NCBI GenBank assembly: GCA_049860595.1
Contig: CP187551.1
Reading direction: 5' to 3' (one strand)
From: Methanocaldococcus sp. 16A
GTDB taxonomy: Archaea > AGJL01 > Methanococci > Methanococcales > Methanocaldococcaceae
Length of the DNA stretch: 64,000 nt
Position numbers and translations under genes: made by a program. Positions 10,157 to 20,367 of this stretch are shown here, piece after piece (within the stretch, counting starts at the first letter, position 1; every line of letters starts with the position of its first letter). Below the pieces are notes generated by a model, which was not told where the DNA came from, searched no databases, and saw only the letters and a list, made by a program, of their open reading frames with translations.

Positions 10157-11203
10157 TTATAAATACTTTTTAACAAAGTATTCAGCATTTAATACACTCG
10201 CTCCAGCAGCCCCTCTAATTGTGTTATGCTCTAATGCTGTATATTTTACATCAAATATTGGGTCTTTTCTGATTCTACCAACAACAATACTCATTCCATT
10301 ACCTTCATTTCTATCTAATCTTGGTTGAGGTCTATCTATCTCTTCCCTAATAACAATTGGTTTAGCATAAGTTGGGAGGTTTAAATCTTTTAATGGGTCA
10401 AATTTATCCATAGCCTCTTTTATTTCCTCTGGCTCAGCTCCTTCAATTGTTTTGACAAATATGCTTTCAGTATGCCCATCAATAACTGGCACTCTGTTAC
10501 ATGAAGCACTTAACTTAAAGTTAGCAAATTCAACTTTTCCATCTTTTAAAGTTCCTAACAACTTTAAACTCTCTGTTTGCATTTTTTCTTCTTCATTTTT
10601 AATAAATGGAATTAAATTATCTAAGATTGCCATTGAAGGAACGCCATTATAACCTGCTCCACTAACTGCCTGTAATGTAGTTATAATTACTGAATCTAAA
10701 CCAAATTTGTCCATTATTGGTTTTAGAGTTATAACAGCACAGATTGTTGAACAGTTAGGGTTTGTTATTATAGCTCCATCCCATCCTCTCTTTTCCCTCT
10801 GAATCTCTATTAAAGCGAGATGGTCTGCATTAACTTCTGGGATAACAAGAGGTACATCATCTTCCATTCTATAAGCTGATGCATTAGAGAAAACTAATTT
10901 TCCTTCTTTAGCAAATTCTGGTTCAAACTTTTTAGCTAAATCTGATGGTAAAGCTGAGAAGACGATATCAACATCTTCAAATGCTTCATGCTTAGGGTCT
11001 GTTGGTATAACTGTCATATCCTTTACATTTTCAGGAATATCTCTATCTTGGAACCAGTAGCATGCATCTTTATACTTTTTCCCAGCACTTCTCTCTGATG
11101 CTGCTAAGGCAGTTAATTCAAACATAGGATGCTCTGCCAATAATTGAACGAATCTCTGCCCCACGCTTCCAGTAGCTCCTAAGACACCAACTTTTATTTT
11201 CAT
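10157..11203 (-). CDS. asd: aspartate-semialdehyde dehydrogenase
   Basis: [29 protein letters not shown] motifs. Confidence 0.97.
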   Translation of the reverse strand: MKIKVGVLGATGSVGQRFVQLLAEHPMFELTALAASERSAGKKYKDACYWFQDRDIPENVKDMTVIPTDPKHEAFEDVDIVFSALPSDLAKKFEPEFAKEGKLVFSNASAYRMEDDVPLVIPEVNADHLALIEIQREKRGWDGAIITNPNCSTICAVITLKPIMDKFGLDSVIITTLQAVSGAGYNGVPSMAILDNLIPFIKNEEEKMQTESLKLLGTLKDGKVEFANFKLSASCNRVPVIDGHTESIFVKTIEGAEPEEIKEAMDKFDPLKDLNLPTYAKPIVIREEIDRPQPRLDRNEGNGMSIVVGRIRKDPIFDVKYTALEHNTIRGAAGASVLNAEYFVKKYL

Positions 11204-11213
11204 CTTTTCACCT

Positions 11214-11621
11214 TCAGACAATTATTTTAAAAATTAACTCTTTCCCTTCTTTTAATTTTTTTACTATTTCTCTATTAATATCTTTTGCTGATTTATTTGC
11301 ATTAATCATTAACGTTCTTGGACATATATAATTACTCTTTCTAATAACAATGTCTGTTGGATGGTTTAAAATTAAATCTTTGTGCCCTTCTCCAACTATA
11401 ACCTCTTTTATTCCTTCAACTTCAATCTCTACAATTATTTTTTTAGCATTTCTAAGTTTTTCTCTAAACTCTTCACTAAAATCAGCCATAGATTTATCTG
11501 CCTCTATTCCTATAATGCAATGTCCAGTAGGAGTTAGATAGTTTTCTTTTGTAATCTCTAAGGTTGTTTTATGAGTTGCTGAGACATTTTTATGTCCCTT
11601 AGCTTTTATTGTAAATTCCAT
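11214..11621 (-). CDS. DUF371 domain protein
   Basis: [20 protein letters not shown]...TPTGHCIIG signature. Confidence 0.85.
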   Translation of the reverse strand: MEFTIKAKGHKNVSATHKTTLEITKENYLTPTGHCIIGIEADKSMADFSEEFREKLRNAKKIIVEIEVEGIKEVIVGEGHKDLILNHPTDIVIRKSNYICPRTLMINANKSAKDINREIVKKLKEGKELIFKIIV

Positions 11622-11645
11622 AAAAATCCCTCGTAAAATTAATTT

Positions 11646-12365
11646 TTATTTATTAATTCCAAAAAAGTCTAAAATTTCATAAGGATGCTTTAGTACAATT
11701 ACATCTTCTAATTCTTTTAATTTTTTAGTATTTTTGGCGTCTATTTTTCTAACTCTCATTTTAATTTCTTTTCCTTCAATTATTGCATTATAATGGCAGA
11801 TTTCTTTACAATTTCCACAACCTACACATTTTGGTAAGTAGATTTCAACAAAGTTATCTCTTTTAATTATAGCTCCATTAGGACAAACTTTTATGCATTT
11901 TAAACATAGTTTGCATTTTTCTCTATCTATTGAGTATGGAAGTTTTGTAGTTACAATTCCCTCTTTGTAATCAACTGGAACAATTATTGATTTAACGAAA
12001 CCTTTTCCCGCCTGTGCAATTGCATTAGTTACTAAACTGTCGGCTATACCATTAACTACCTTAGCAACCGTATTTCCAGATGTTGGAGTGGATATTAAAT
12101 AATCATATTTTCCTAAGCTTAATCTTCCAGTAATTGGAGATGAATGAGGATGCTCTCTCTCTAAAATTAACTCTTCATAATAATTTCCATTAGAGATATT
12201 GTATAACTCCCCAAATAAACCATACATCTTTACTACTTCCTCTCCTGCTCTTGATACTAAAGTAGTTACTTTTAAATCTTCAATCTCTTCCTTCAATTTT
12301 TTCATTACTTGAAAGCTCTCTCTTAATAAATGCCCAGCTCCTGTAATACACCAAACAATCCTCAT
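11646..12365 (-). CDS. dmrX: dihydromethanopterin reductase, AfpA-like flavoprotein with 2[4Fe-4S] (DmrX type)
   Basis: WCITGAGH, NTVAKVVNGIADSLVTNA, two CxxCxxCxxxC motifs. Confidence 0.85.
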   Translation of the reverse strand: MRIVWCITGAGHLLRESFQVMKKLKEEIEDLKVTTLVSRAGEEVVKMYGLFGELYNISNGNYYEELILEREHPHSSPITGRLSLGKYDYLISTPTSGNTVAKVVNGIADSLVTNAIAQAGKGFVKSIIVPVDYKEGIVTTKLPYSIDREKCKLCLKCIKVCPNGAIIKRDNFVEIYLPKCVGCGNCKEICHYNAIIEGKEIKMRVRKIDAKNTKKLKELEDVIVLKHPYEILDFFGINK

Positions 12366-12701
12366 GTATATCCCAATTAAATTGTAAGTTTAGATTTCAA
12401 ATTAATGTTAATAGGCATATAAAGATTATGAACGAAATATATTGTAAGTTCATAACTTTATTAATACTATTTGAGTTATAAAATTAAACTGTTGATATAT
12501 AGAGGATTATGAAGATAGGTACACTTTATTTCCAGTAAATATAGTCTCATAGTTTTTAAATAATGATTAATGAGAAAATTTTTGCTTTGTAGTCAAATAC
12601 TAAATAGTAAATTATATATATGGGTCTATTTTTGAAATAATTAATGATAGTGAATATAAACACAAAATAGTTTAAAATTGTAAAGTAAATGGTGATAAAA
12701 G

Positions 12702-14366
12702 ATGAAAGTGGGGAAATATGTTTTACTACTTGCATTAACTTTACTATTTGCTGGAGGAGTATGGGGAGAGCAGGTAGAGAATGGGTTGGTAGCATACTAT
12801 AGTTTTGATAATATTAACGGAAATATATTAGTAGATGATAGTGGAAATGGTCACAATGGAGTAATATACGGTAATCCAAAAGTCGTTGAAGGTGTTAAGG
12901 GTAATGCATTAGAATTTGATGGACAAAGTTATGTTCATCTTGGAGATACATTAACAGGAAAAGTTTGGGATGCTGTAACAGTTTCAGCAGTTATAAAACC
13001 AGAAGAGCAAAGTAATAATGACTTTTCTGAGATCTTTTATGATGGAAGTGATGGAGAATTTGCACTTAGTCTTAGAGAAAATACAGTTTCCTTTAATGTA
13101 AAACTTGAAGATAAAAAATGGTGGAAAGTTTCAGCAAGTCTTCCCGAACTAAATAGATGGTACCATGTTGTAGGGACCTATTCAAAAGATGAAGGAGTTA
13201 TAAAGCTGTACATAAATGGAATTTTAGTTAATAAAACAAAAATACCATACGAACTTTTATTTGATCCTGTAACATATTATGGAGGTAAATATAATCCAAC
13301 TATAGGTGCATACTGTGATGGGGGAGGTTCAACCAATCATAAATATAAAGGAGCTATAGATGAACTTAGAATTTATAACAGAGTCTTAAGTGATGACGAA
13401 ATTAAAAAACTTGCTGAAGACGTAGGATTACTGACTACCTCTATATATTCAATATATAATAAACCTAATAATAATGAAAATGAAAATAATATAACTAATG
13501 AGTTTAATCAAGTAAATACTCAGCAGGAAGAAAATACAACTAACAATGTAGAAATTAATATAAAAGAATCAGAAGTTGAAGGACTGTCTGTAATAAATAT
13601 AGATTCAGAACCGACAGGAGCGGAGATTTACATAAATGGGAAATATTATGGAAAAACACCAGCTAAAATAGAATTAGAACCTGATACATATCAAATTGAG
13701 GTTTATAAAGAAGGATATAAATTATATACATACACTCTAACTACAGAATCAAATAAAGAGTATGTATTACACATAACATTAGAAAAAGAACAAACTAAAC
13801 AGCAAGATCCAACATTTGGAGGTAAGTTCATAGAACCTCCAACTGTTGTATTACACATGGTAAAAGATAAAATAAAACCAGGAGAGCAGGGAATAATTGA
13901 ATTAACTATCCAAAATCCAGATGTTAATAGTATAGCATTAGAGGGAGATTTAATAGTAAAAGTACCTTCAAATCTTGCAGTAGAGGGAGGTAATGTAATA
14001 GGTGGTGGAGGATACTACACTACAAAATTCATAGCAAAACCCGGAGTTTCAAAAACACTAACACTCTACATAACGTGTTTAGATGATAACCCAGGAAAAT
14101 ATTTAGTTTATGGAAAAGTATATTACTACCCTGAAGGAGACAAAGAAAATTACCGAGAGGTAACATTTACCAAACCTATAGAAATAATAGGTGTTGAAAA
14201 AGAAGAACAACCAAAAGAAACTATTACACAACAACAAACTGAAAATAAAGAAAGTTTAGTAAGTATATTCTATAAAAATCCAGAATACTTAATAATAATT
14301 ATAGGAATAATCGTCTTTGGTATCGTAGGAATTGCCTTCGCTATAGCTTTCGCTATAAGAAAATAA
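12702..14366 (+). CDS. secreted, membrane-anchored protein with LamG-like jellyroll and PEGA domains
   Basis: signal peptide; GLVAYYSFD...WYHVVGTY...GAIDELRIYNRVLS (LamG_3); IDSEPTGAEIYING..GKTP (PEGA); C-terminal TM helix ending in RK. Confidence 0.85.
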   Translation: MKVGKYVLLLALTLLFAGGVWGEQVENGLVAYYSFDNINGNILVDDSGNGHNGVIYGNPKVVEGVKGNALEFDGQSYVHLGDTLTGKVWDAVTVSAVIKPEEQSNNDFSEIFYDGSDGEFALSLRENTVSFNVKLEDKKWWKVSASLPELNRWYHVVGTYSKDEGVIKLYINGILVNKTKIPYELLFDPVTYYGGKYNPTIGAYCDGGGSTNHKYKGAIDELRIYNRVLSDDEIKKLAEDVGLLTTSIYSIYNKPNNNENENNITNEFNQVNTQQEENTTNNVEINIKESEVEGLSVINIDSEPTGAEIYINGKYYGKTPAKIELEPDTYQIEVYKEGYKLYTYTLTTESNKEYVLHITLEKEQTKQQDPTFGGKFIEPPTVVLHMVKDKIKPGEQGIIELTIQNPDVNSIALEGDLIVKVPSNLAVEGGNVIGGGGYYTTKFIAKPGVSKTLTLYITCLDDNPGKYLVYGKVYYYPEGDKENYREVTFTKPIEIIGVEKEEQPKETITQQQTENKESLVSIFYKNPEYLIIIIGIIVFGIVGIAFAIAFAIRK

Positions 14367-14377
14367 ATAATATTTTA

Positions 14378-15160
14378 TTATAACTCCTCTAAACTCAAAT
14401 TTTTCAATCTTTCAGCAATGTAATCAATCATCTCCTTTAAATTCTTCATATTGTCAAAACCATCAATGATTTTTAAAAGTTCTTCCTCATCTTTATTTTT
14501 AAATTCTCTAACATATTTGATTAATAGAGGTAGAGCTCTTGTTAATTCATCAACTATTGTTATAGTGGATTTTCTTGCAGTTCTTGATAATGGATTTAAA
14601 TCAATAGCTATGACCTTTTTTCCCATATTAACTAAAGCTTCTGCTCTATCTCCATCTTCTAATGGAACTAAAACAACATCCGCACTAAATATTCCTTCTT
14701 CTGAAACCTTTCCCCTTAAACTATCCAAGTTTGGAATTCTTTTATTGGCATCATCAATACCCAAAATTTTTATCTTTCCTGTCTCTATATCCTCTCTAAA
14801 TTTCTCTTCAAATTCTTTTTTTATAGCCAACTCTCTCTCTTTAGTTCTATAAAATAAATTAACCTCTATCTTTCCATTCAGCTCTTTTGCAAGCTCAACA
14901 ACTTCATCTATTGCTAAAGCTACTGTGTTTCCATTAACACTTATTACTGGATTTTCAGCTAAAACTAATAAAGCAGAAGCAGCTTTTATTGCCTCCAATG
15001 CTATTGGTGTTGTTTTTTCCCCAATTAAATAGTCAAATGTCTCTCCTCTACCATGAGCTATTAGCCCAGCTTTAGCTAAAATCCCTTTATCTAATGCTTC
15101 AATAACTTTTTCTCTCTTCATTAAAGATTCATACCTTGGATGAGTTTTTGGAATCTCCAT
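14378..15160 (-). CDS. 4-phosphopantoate--beta-alanine ligase (archaeal PPS)
   Basis: [38 protein letters not shown]. Confidence 0.93.
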   Translation of the reverse strand: MEIPKTHPRYESLMKREKVIEALDKGILAKAGLIAHGRGETFDYLIGEKTTPIALEAIKAASALLVLAENPVISVNGNTVALAIDEVVELAKELNGKIEVNLFYRTKERELAIKKEFEEKFREDIETGKIKILGIDDANKRIPNLDSLRGKVSEEGIFSADVVLVPLEDGDRAEALVNMGKKVIAIDLNPLSRTARKSTITIVDELTRALPLLIKYVREFKNKDEEELLKIIDGFDNMKNLKEMIDYIAERLKNLSLEEL

Positions 15161-15235
15161 TAGGTATCACCAAGTTTTTATATGGTTGTTTGTAATAAAA
15201 CTTTTTGTATATAAGATAATATTTAAGGTGGTAAA

Positions 15236-16333
15236 ATGAAACTACATGAATATGAGGCAAAGAAAATATTTAAAGAGTATGGAATACCTGTTCCAGAAAG
15301 TTTTTTAATAAATAAAGGAGATGATTTAAACAGCATAAATGTTGATAAAGAAGTTGTTTTAAAAGCTCAGGTTTTAGTTGGTGGAAGAGGAAAAGCAGGA
15401 GGGATTTTATTCGCATCAAACAAAGAAGAATTTATAAAAAAGGCTGAAGAATTGTTTAACAAAGAAATTAAAGGAGAAAAAGTAGAAAAAATTTTAGTTG
15501 AAGAAAAATTACCAATAGAGAAAGAATACTATATATCAATTATTATTGATAGAGATGCTAAAAAACCGTTAGTTATTTTCTCAACTAAAGGAGGAGTAGA
15601 TATTGAAGAAGTTGCAGAAAGAGAGCCAGAAAAGATTATAAAGTATCACATTGATGTTAAAAAACCTTTCCTACCATATATAGCGAGATGGATAGTTAAA
15701 GATGCTAAGTTACCAAGTAATGAGATAGGAAAGGTTGCTGATGTAATTTATAAATTATACAAAATCTTTAAAGATTTAGATGCAACAATGGTTGAAATAA
15801 ATCCTTTAGTTATAACTAAGGATGGAAATGTCTATGCCGCTGATGCTGTCCTTCATTTAGATGATGATGCAGCATTTAGACATAATTATGAGATATTTGA
15901 AGAATATAAAAACAAAGAAAAATTGCCATTTGCGTATGTTGAATTAGATGGAGATGTAGCTGTTATAGGTAATGGGGCTGGTTTAACATTAGCAAGTATG
16001 GATGTAATTAACAACCTCGGCAGAAAACCAGCTTGCTTCTTAGACATTGGTGGAGGAGCTGATACTGAAACAGTAAAATTAGCTTTAAGAAAAGTTTTAG
16101 AGAATAAAAATGTTAAAGGTATATTTATCAATATCTTAGGAGGAATTACAAGATGTGATGAAGTTGCCAAGGGAATAGTTGAGGTTTTAAAAGAACATCC
16201 AAACGTAAAGTTTGCTGTTAGAATGATGGGAACTAATGAGGAAATCGGTAGAAAAATTTTAGAAGAACATGGAATTCCTTATGAAACATCAATGGAAGAG
16301 GCTGGAAAAAAATTAATCGAATCATTAAGTTAA
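15236..16333 (+). CDS. sucC: succinyl-CoA synthetase beta subunit
   Basis: MKLHEYEAK, GGRGKAGG, GNGAGL, GGITRCD. Confidence 0.95.
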   Translation: MKLHEYEAKKIFKEYGIPVPESFLINKGDDLNSINVDKEVVLKAQVLVGGRGKAGGILFASNKEEFIKKAEELFNKEIKGEKVEKILVEEKLPIEKEYYISIIIDRDAKKPLVIFSTKGGVDIEEVAEREPEKIIKYHIDVKKPFLPYIARWIVKDAKLPSNEIGKVADVIYKLYKIFKDLDATMVEINPLVITKDGNVYAADAVLHLDDDAAFRHNYEIFEEYKNKEKLPFAYVELDGDVAVIGNGAGLTLASMDVINNLGRKPACFLDIGGGADTETVKLALRKVLENKNVKGIFINILGGITRCDEVAKGIVEVLKEHPNVKFAVRMMGTNEEIGRKILEEHGIPYETSMEEAGKKLIESLS

Positions 16334-16337
16334 TTTA

Positions 16338-16413
16338 ATATGACTTTCGCAGTTTATGTATTTAATAAGGTATTTATGATGCCTTATTATATTTATTCCT
16401 ACGAAAGTCCTAT
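16338..16413. repeat. palindromic intergenic element, family 1, copy D
   Basis: ATATGACTTTCGCAG...ATTTATTCCTACGAAAGTCCTAT. Confidence 0.85.
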
Positions 16414-16472
16414 AATAAGCTAATAAACTAAAGAGCAATATTTAATTTTTTTAATTAATTTTTGGTGAAATA

Positions 16473-17408
16473 ATGATATTAGTTACTGGAGGAGCAGGTT
16501 TTATTGGTAGCCATATTGTAGATAAGCTCATTGAAAATAATTATGATGTAACTATTTTAGACAATTTAACTACAGGAAATAAAAATAATATAAATCCAAT
16601 GGCAGAGTTTGTAAATGCAGATATTAGGGATAAAGATTTAGATGAAAAGATTAATTTTAAAGATGTCGAAGTTGTTATTCATCAAGCAGCTCAGATAAAT
16701 GTTAGAAGCTCTGTTGAAAATCCAATATATGATGGAGATATCAACATTTTAGGGACAATAAATATCTTAGAGTTTATGAGAAAGTATGACATAAATAAAA
16801 TTATATTTTCATCATCTGGAGGAGCGGTTTATGGAGAACCAAACTATCTCCCAGTAGATGAAAATCATCCAATAAACCCACTATCCCCTTATGGACTAAG
16901 CAAATATGTTGGAGAGGAATATATAAAGCTATATAATCGCCTCTATGGGATTGAATATGCAATTTTAAGATACTCAAATGTTTTTGGTGAGAGGCAGGAC
17001 CCAAAAGGAGAGGCTGGAGTTATAAGCATATTTATTGACAAGATGTTAAAAAATCAAAACCCAATTATTTTTGGAGATGGTAACCAAACAAGAGATTTTG
17101 TCTATGTTGGAGATGTTGCAAAAGCAAATATTATGGCACTAAATTGGAAAAATGAAATTGTTAATATAGGAACTGGAAATGAGACATCAGTAAATGAATT
17201 ATTTAATATAATAAAAAATGAAATTGGGTTTAAAGGAAATGCAATATATGATAAACCAAGAGAAGGAGAGGTTTATAGAATTTATTTAAATATAGATAAA
17301 GCAAAGTCATTAGGTTGGGAGCCAGAGGTTGATTTGAAAGAAGGGATAAAGAGAGTTGTTAATTGGATGAAAAACTATAAAGGGAAACACTTTTATTCCA
17401 AAATTTAA
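16473..17408 (+). CDS. galE: UDP-glucose 4-epimerase family NAD-dependent epimerase
   Basis: GGAGFIG, SPYGLSK (YxxxK), RDFVYV. Confidence 0.85.
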   Translation: MILVTGGAGFIGSHIVDKLIENNYDVTILDNLTTGNKNNINPMAEFVNADIRDKDLDEKINFKDVEVVIHQAAQINVRSSVENPIYDGDINILGTINILEFMRKYDINKIIFSSSGGAVYGEPNYLPVDENHPINPLSPYGLSKYVGEEYIKLYNRLYGIEYAILRYSNVFGERQDPKGEAGVISIFIDKMLKNQNPIIFGDGNQTRDFVYVGDVAKANIMALNWKNEIVNIGTGNETSVNELFNIIKNEIGFKGNAIYDKPREGEVYRIYLNIDKAKSLGWEPEVDLKEGIKRVVNWMKNYKGKHFYSKI

Positions 17409-17448
17409 TATAGCATATCCAATAATTTTGATGAACCTTTTTCTAAAA

Positions 17449-17544
17449 GCATAGAGGGAAACCCTCTATTGCTATACTCCCTAACACCTCTGCCTTTGGC
17501 AGAGGTGTAAATTTTGGGTATACCAATAGGGCGAAGCCCTATGG
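17449..17544. mobile_element. 96-bp triple-hairpin MITE-like element (family 2) with 8-bp flanking direct repeat TTCTAAAA
   Basis: inverted ends CATAG-hairpin-CTATTG(C/G)TATAC; central 11-bp stem ACACCTCTGCC/GGCAGAGGTGT; TTCTAAAA at 17441-17448 and 17545-17552. Confidence 0.8.
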
Positions 17545-17631
17545 TTCTAAAAGTTTCGATGAAAAATATAAATAGGTAATGGAGTTAATTTTATATGCAT
17601 TTATACAACAGATATCAGATAGGTTGAGAGT

Positions 17632-17895
17632 ATGGATAATGTAGTGTTAATAGGGAAAAAGCCAGTGATGAACTACGTCGTAGCAGTTCTAACACAGTTA
17701 ACAAGTAACGATGAAGTGATAATAAAAGCAAGAGGAAAGGCTATTAATAAAGCAGTGGATGTTGCAGAGATGATAAGAAACAGATTTATAAAAGACATAA
17801 AAGTTAAGAAAATAGAAATAGGGACAGACAAGGTAAAAAACCCAGATGGGAGAGAAGTTAATGTCTCAACAATTGAAATCATTTTAGCTAAATAA
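17632..17895 (+). CDS. albA: DNA/RNA-binding protein Alba
   Basis: [32 protein letters not shown]. Confidence 0.97.
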   Translation: MDNVVLIGKKPVMNYVVAVLTQLTSNDEVIIKARGKAINKAVDVAEMIRNRFIKDIKVKKIEIGTDKVKNPDGREVNVSTIEIILAK

Positions 17896-18006
17896 ATTTT
17901 TATAGTTCTTTTTTTATAATTGTTAATTGGAAATTCTTAATAAATTCTTATTTTATGGATATGCAATTTTTATTGCACAAAACTATAATTTAGAAAAGGT
18001 GTTATT

Positions 18007-18459
18007 ATGCTAAATTCTATAAAAATTAGTGCAATAGTACATGCTACAGAAGATGAAGATAAAGTTTTAGAGGCTATAGAGTTTATTATTCCACAAGATG
18101 TTGATGAGGAGAAAATAAACTTAGAAGTTGTTGAAACTCAAGGTTATTTTGGAAATCCTATAAAGATTATCAATATTAATGTTGAAGGAAAAGAAGCTAA
18201 GAAGATATTTAAACATGTTATAGATTTGATAAAATCAGATGAAAGAAATTTAAACAAATTGAAAAAAGATTTACACTTAAGAGTTGAGGATAACAAATTT
18301 TATATTAGATTTGACAAGCAAAGAGCTTATTTAGGAGAGTGTAGAGTTATAGATGGAGACGATGTTATAAGAGCTGTTTTTAATTTCAAAATATTTACTC
18401 CAAAAAATAAGGAAGAGAAAGTTAAGGAGATTATTACTAAAGAATTAGGGCTGGGATAA
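18007..18459 (+). CDS. predicted RNA-binding protein (DUF54/COG1325)
   Basis: VHATEDEDKV, GYFGNPI, YIRFDKQ. Confidence 0.88.
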   Translation: MLNSIKISAIVHATEDEDKVLEAIEFIIPQDVDEEKINLEVVETQGYFGNPIKIININVEGKEAKKIFKHVIDLIKSDERNLNKLKKDLHLRVEDNKFYIRFDKQRAYLGECRVIDGDDVIRAVFNFKIFTPKNKEEKVKEIITKELGLG

Positions 18460-18461
18460 AT

Positions 18462-18839
18462 ATGCATGAATTGTCCTATGCCACAGCTATGCTTGAGGCA
18501 ATTCTAAATAGTGTAAAAAAAGAAGAAGATAAAGGAAAAAAGATAAAAAAAGTTAGTGAAATTAACTTAGAAGTTGGAGAACTAACATTTATTAATGTTG
18601 AGCAGTTAAAATTTGCATTTGAAGTTATTGCAGAAGGAACTATATGCGAGAATGCTAAAATTAATGTTGAATTTATAAAACCAAAATGTAAATGCTTAGA
18701 TTGTGGATATGAAGGAGAGGCAGAGATAGTAGATGAGTTTGAAATATACTGCCCAAATTGTAAAAGTATAAGGTTGAAGTTATCTGGAGGTAAAGAGTTT
18801 AATATAAAAAATGCGACTGTTGAGTATGAAGAAGAATAA
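18462..18839 (+). CDS. hypA: hydrogenase maturation nickel metallochaperone HypA
   Basis: MHELS start, two CxxC motifs. Confidence 0.96.
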   Translation: MHELSYATAMLEAILNSVKKEEDKGKKIKKVSEINLEVGELTFINVEQLKFAFEVIAEGTICENAKINVEFIKPKCKCLDCGYEGEAEIVDEFEIYCPNCKSIRLKLSGGKEFNIKNATVEYEEE

Positions 18840-18881
18840 AAATTAATAAAAAATAAAAAAGTAAGAAATTTAGCTATTTAT

Positions 18882-20279
18882 TTATTTTTTTCTATACTTT
18901 GGATGGTATTTCTCAATTAATTCTCTATCAACTCTTTTCAACTCTTCTTCTGGTAATATAGCTAACAACTCCCACAACAAGTCAAGAGTTTCTTCAATAC
19001 TTCTGTCTTCATCTTTTCCTTGTCTAACAAACTTATCTTCAAACTCATCTGCAAATCTTAAGTATGCTCTATCTCTATCTGTCAATGCCTCTTCCCCAAC
19101 GACAGCAACTAAATCTCTTAAACTTCTACCTTCTGCATATGCAGCATAAGCCTGGTTAATAACTTTCTTGTGGTCTTCTCTTGTTTTTCCTGGACCTTGT
19201 CCGTTTCCAGCCAATCTTGATAATGATGGAAGGACATCAACTGGTGGATAAATCCCCTTTCTGTGCAATTCTCTTGAGAGAACAATCTGTCCCTCTGTAA
19301 TATAACCAGTTAAGTCAGGGATTGGGTGGGTAATATCGTCATCTGGCATTGTTAAGATTGGAATTTGAGTAATTGTTCCAACTCTTCCTTTAACCCTACC
19401 AGCTCTTTCGTATAAAGTTGCCAAGTCAGTATACATGTAACCTGGGTAACCCCTTCTTCCTGGAACCTCGTTTCTTGCGGCTGATATCTCCCTTAAAGCC
19501 TCACAGTAGTTTGTCATATCTGTTAGGATAACGAGAACGTGCATATCTTTCTCATAAGCTAAGTATTCAGCAACAGTTAAAGCAATTCTTGGTGTTAAGA
19601 TTCTTTCAATTGCAGGGTCGTTTGCCAAGTTAATGAAGACAACAGCTCTCTCTAAAGCTCCAGTTTTTCTAAACTCTTCCATGAAAAAGTTAGCCTCCTC
19701 TGATGTAATACCCATTGCCGCGAAAACTACTGCGAACTTCTCTCCTTCTCCTCTAACCTTTGCCTGTCTTGCAATCTGAGCTGCCAATTGGTTGTGTGGC
19801 AAACCAGAACCTGAGAATATCGGTAATTTCTGCCCTCTAACTAATGTGTTCATTCCATCGATTGTTGAAATACCTGTTTGGATGAAATCACTTGGAACCT
19901 TTCTTGAAACTGGGTTTAATGGGTAACCGTTAATATCCAACTCTTTCTCAGGAACTATTTCTGGTCCTCCATCAATTGGTTTTCCTCTACCATTAAATAT
20001 TCTTCCAAGCATCTCCATTGAAACTCCAATCTTAGCAGTTTTTCCTGTAAATCTTACTTTTGTTTGGTTTGTACTCAACCCAGTTGTCCCCTCAAATACC
20101 TGAACAACTGCCAATCCTTCTCTTGCCTCTAAAACTTGCCCCATTCTCTTCTCTCCATCTGGAGTAATAACTTCAACAATCTCTCCATAAGCTGCTCCTT
20201 CAACACCTTCAACAATTAACAATGGCCCTGCGATACTCTTAACTGATGAGTACTCAATTGCTGATGTAGTTGCTGCCAC
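18882..20279 (-). CDS. atpB: A-type ATP synthase subunit B
   Basis: [27 protein letters not shown]; likely GTG start. Confidence 0.97.
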   Translation of the reverse strand: MAATTSAIEYSSVKSIAGPLLIVEGVEGAAYGEIVEVITPDGEKRMGQVLEAREGLAVVQVFEGTTGLSTNQTKVRFTGKTAKIGVSMEMLGRIFNGRGKPIDGGPEIVPEKELDINGYPLNPVSRKVPSDFIQTGISTIDGMNTLVRGQKLPIFSGSGLPHNQLAAQIARQAKVRGEGEKFAVVFAAMGITSEEANFFMEEFRKTGALERAVVFINLANDPAIERILTPRIALTVAEYLAYEKDMHVLVILTDMTNYCEALREISAARNEVPGRRGYPGYMYTDLATLYERAGRVKGRVGTITQIPILTMPDDDITHPIPDLTGYITEGQIVLSRELHRKGIYPPVDVLPSLSRLAGNGQGPGKTREDHKKVINQAYAAYAEGRSLRDLVAVVGEEALTDRDRAYLRFADEFEDKFVRQGKDEDRSIEETLDLLWELLAILPEEELKRVDRELIEKYHPKYRKK

Positions 20280-20367
20280 TTTCATCACCTCAATAAAAAG
20301 TTTGTAAAGTTAAATAGGATGTAGTTTAAAAGGAAATTTAGTTTTTAGCTAATTGATATTAGCTAAT

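Noticed and set aside
12509-12538. Mini-ORF MKIGTLYFQ after a GAGG sequence
   Set aside because: Nine codons with only weak resemblance to the downstream gene start; not supportable
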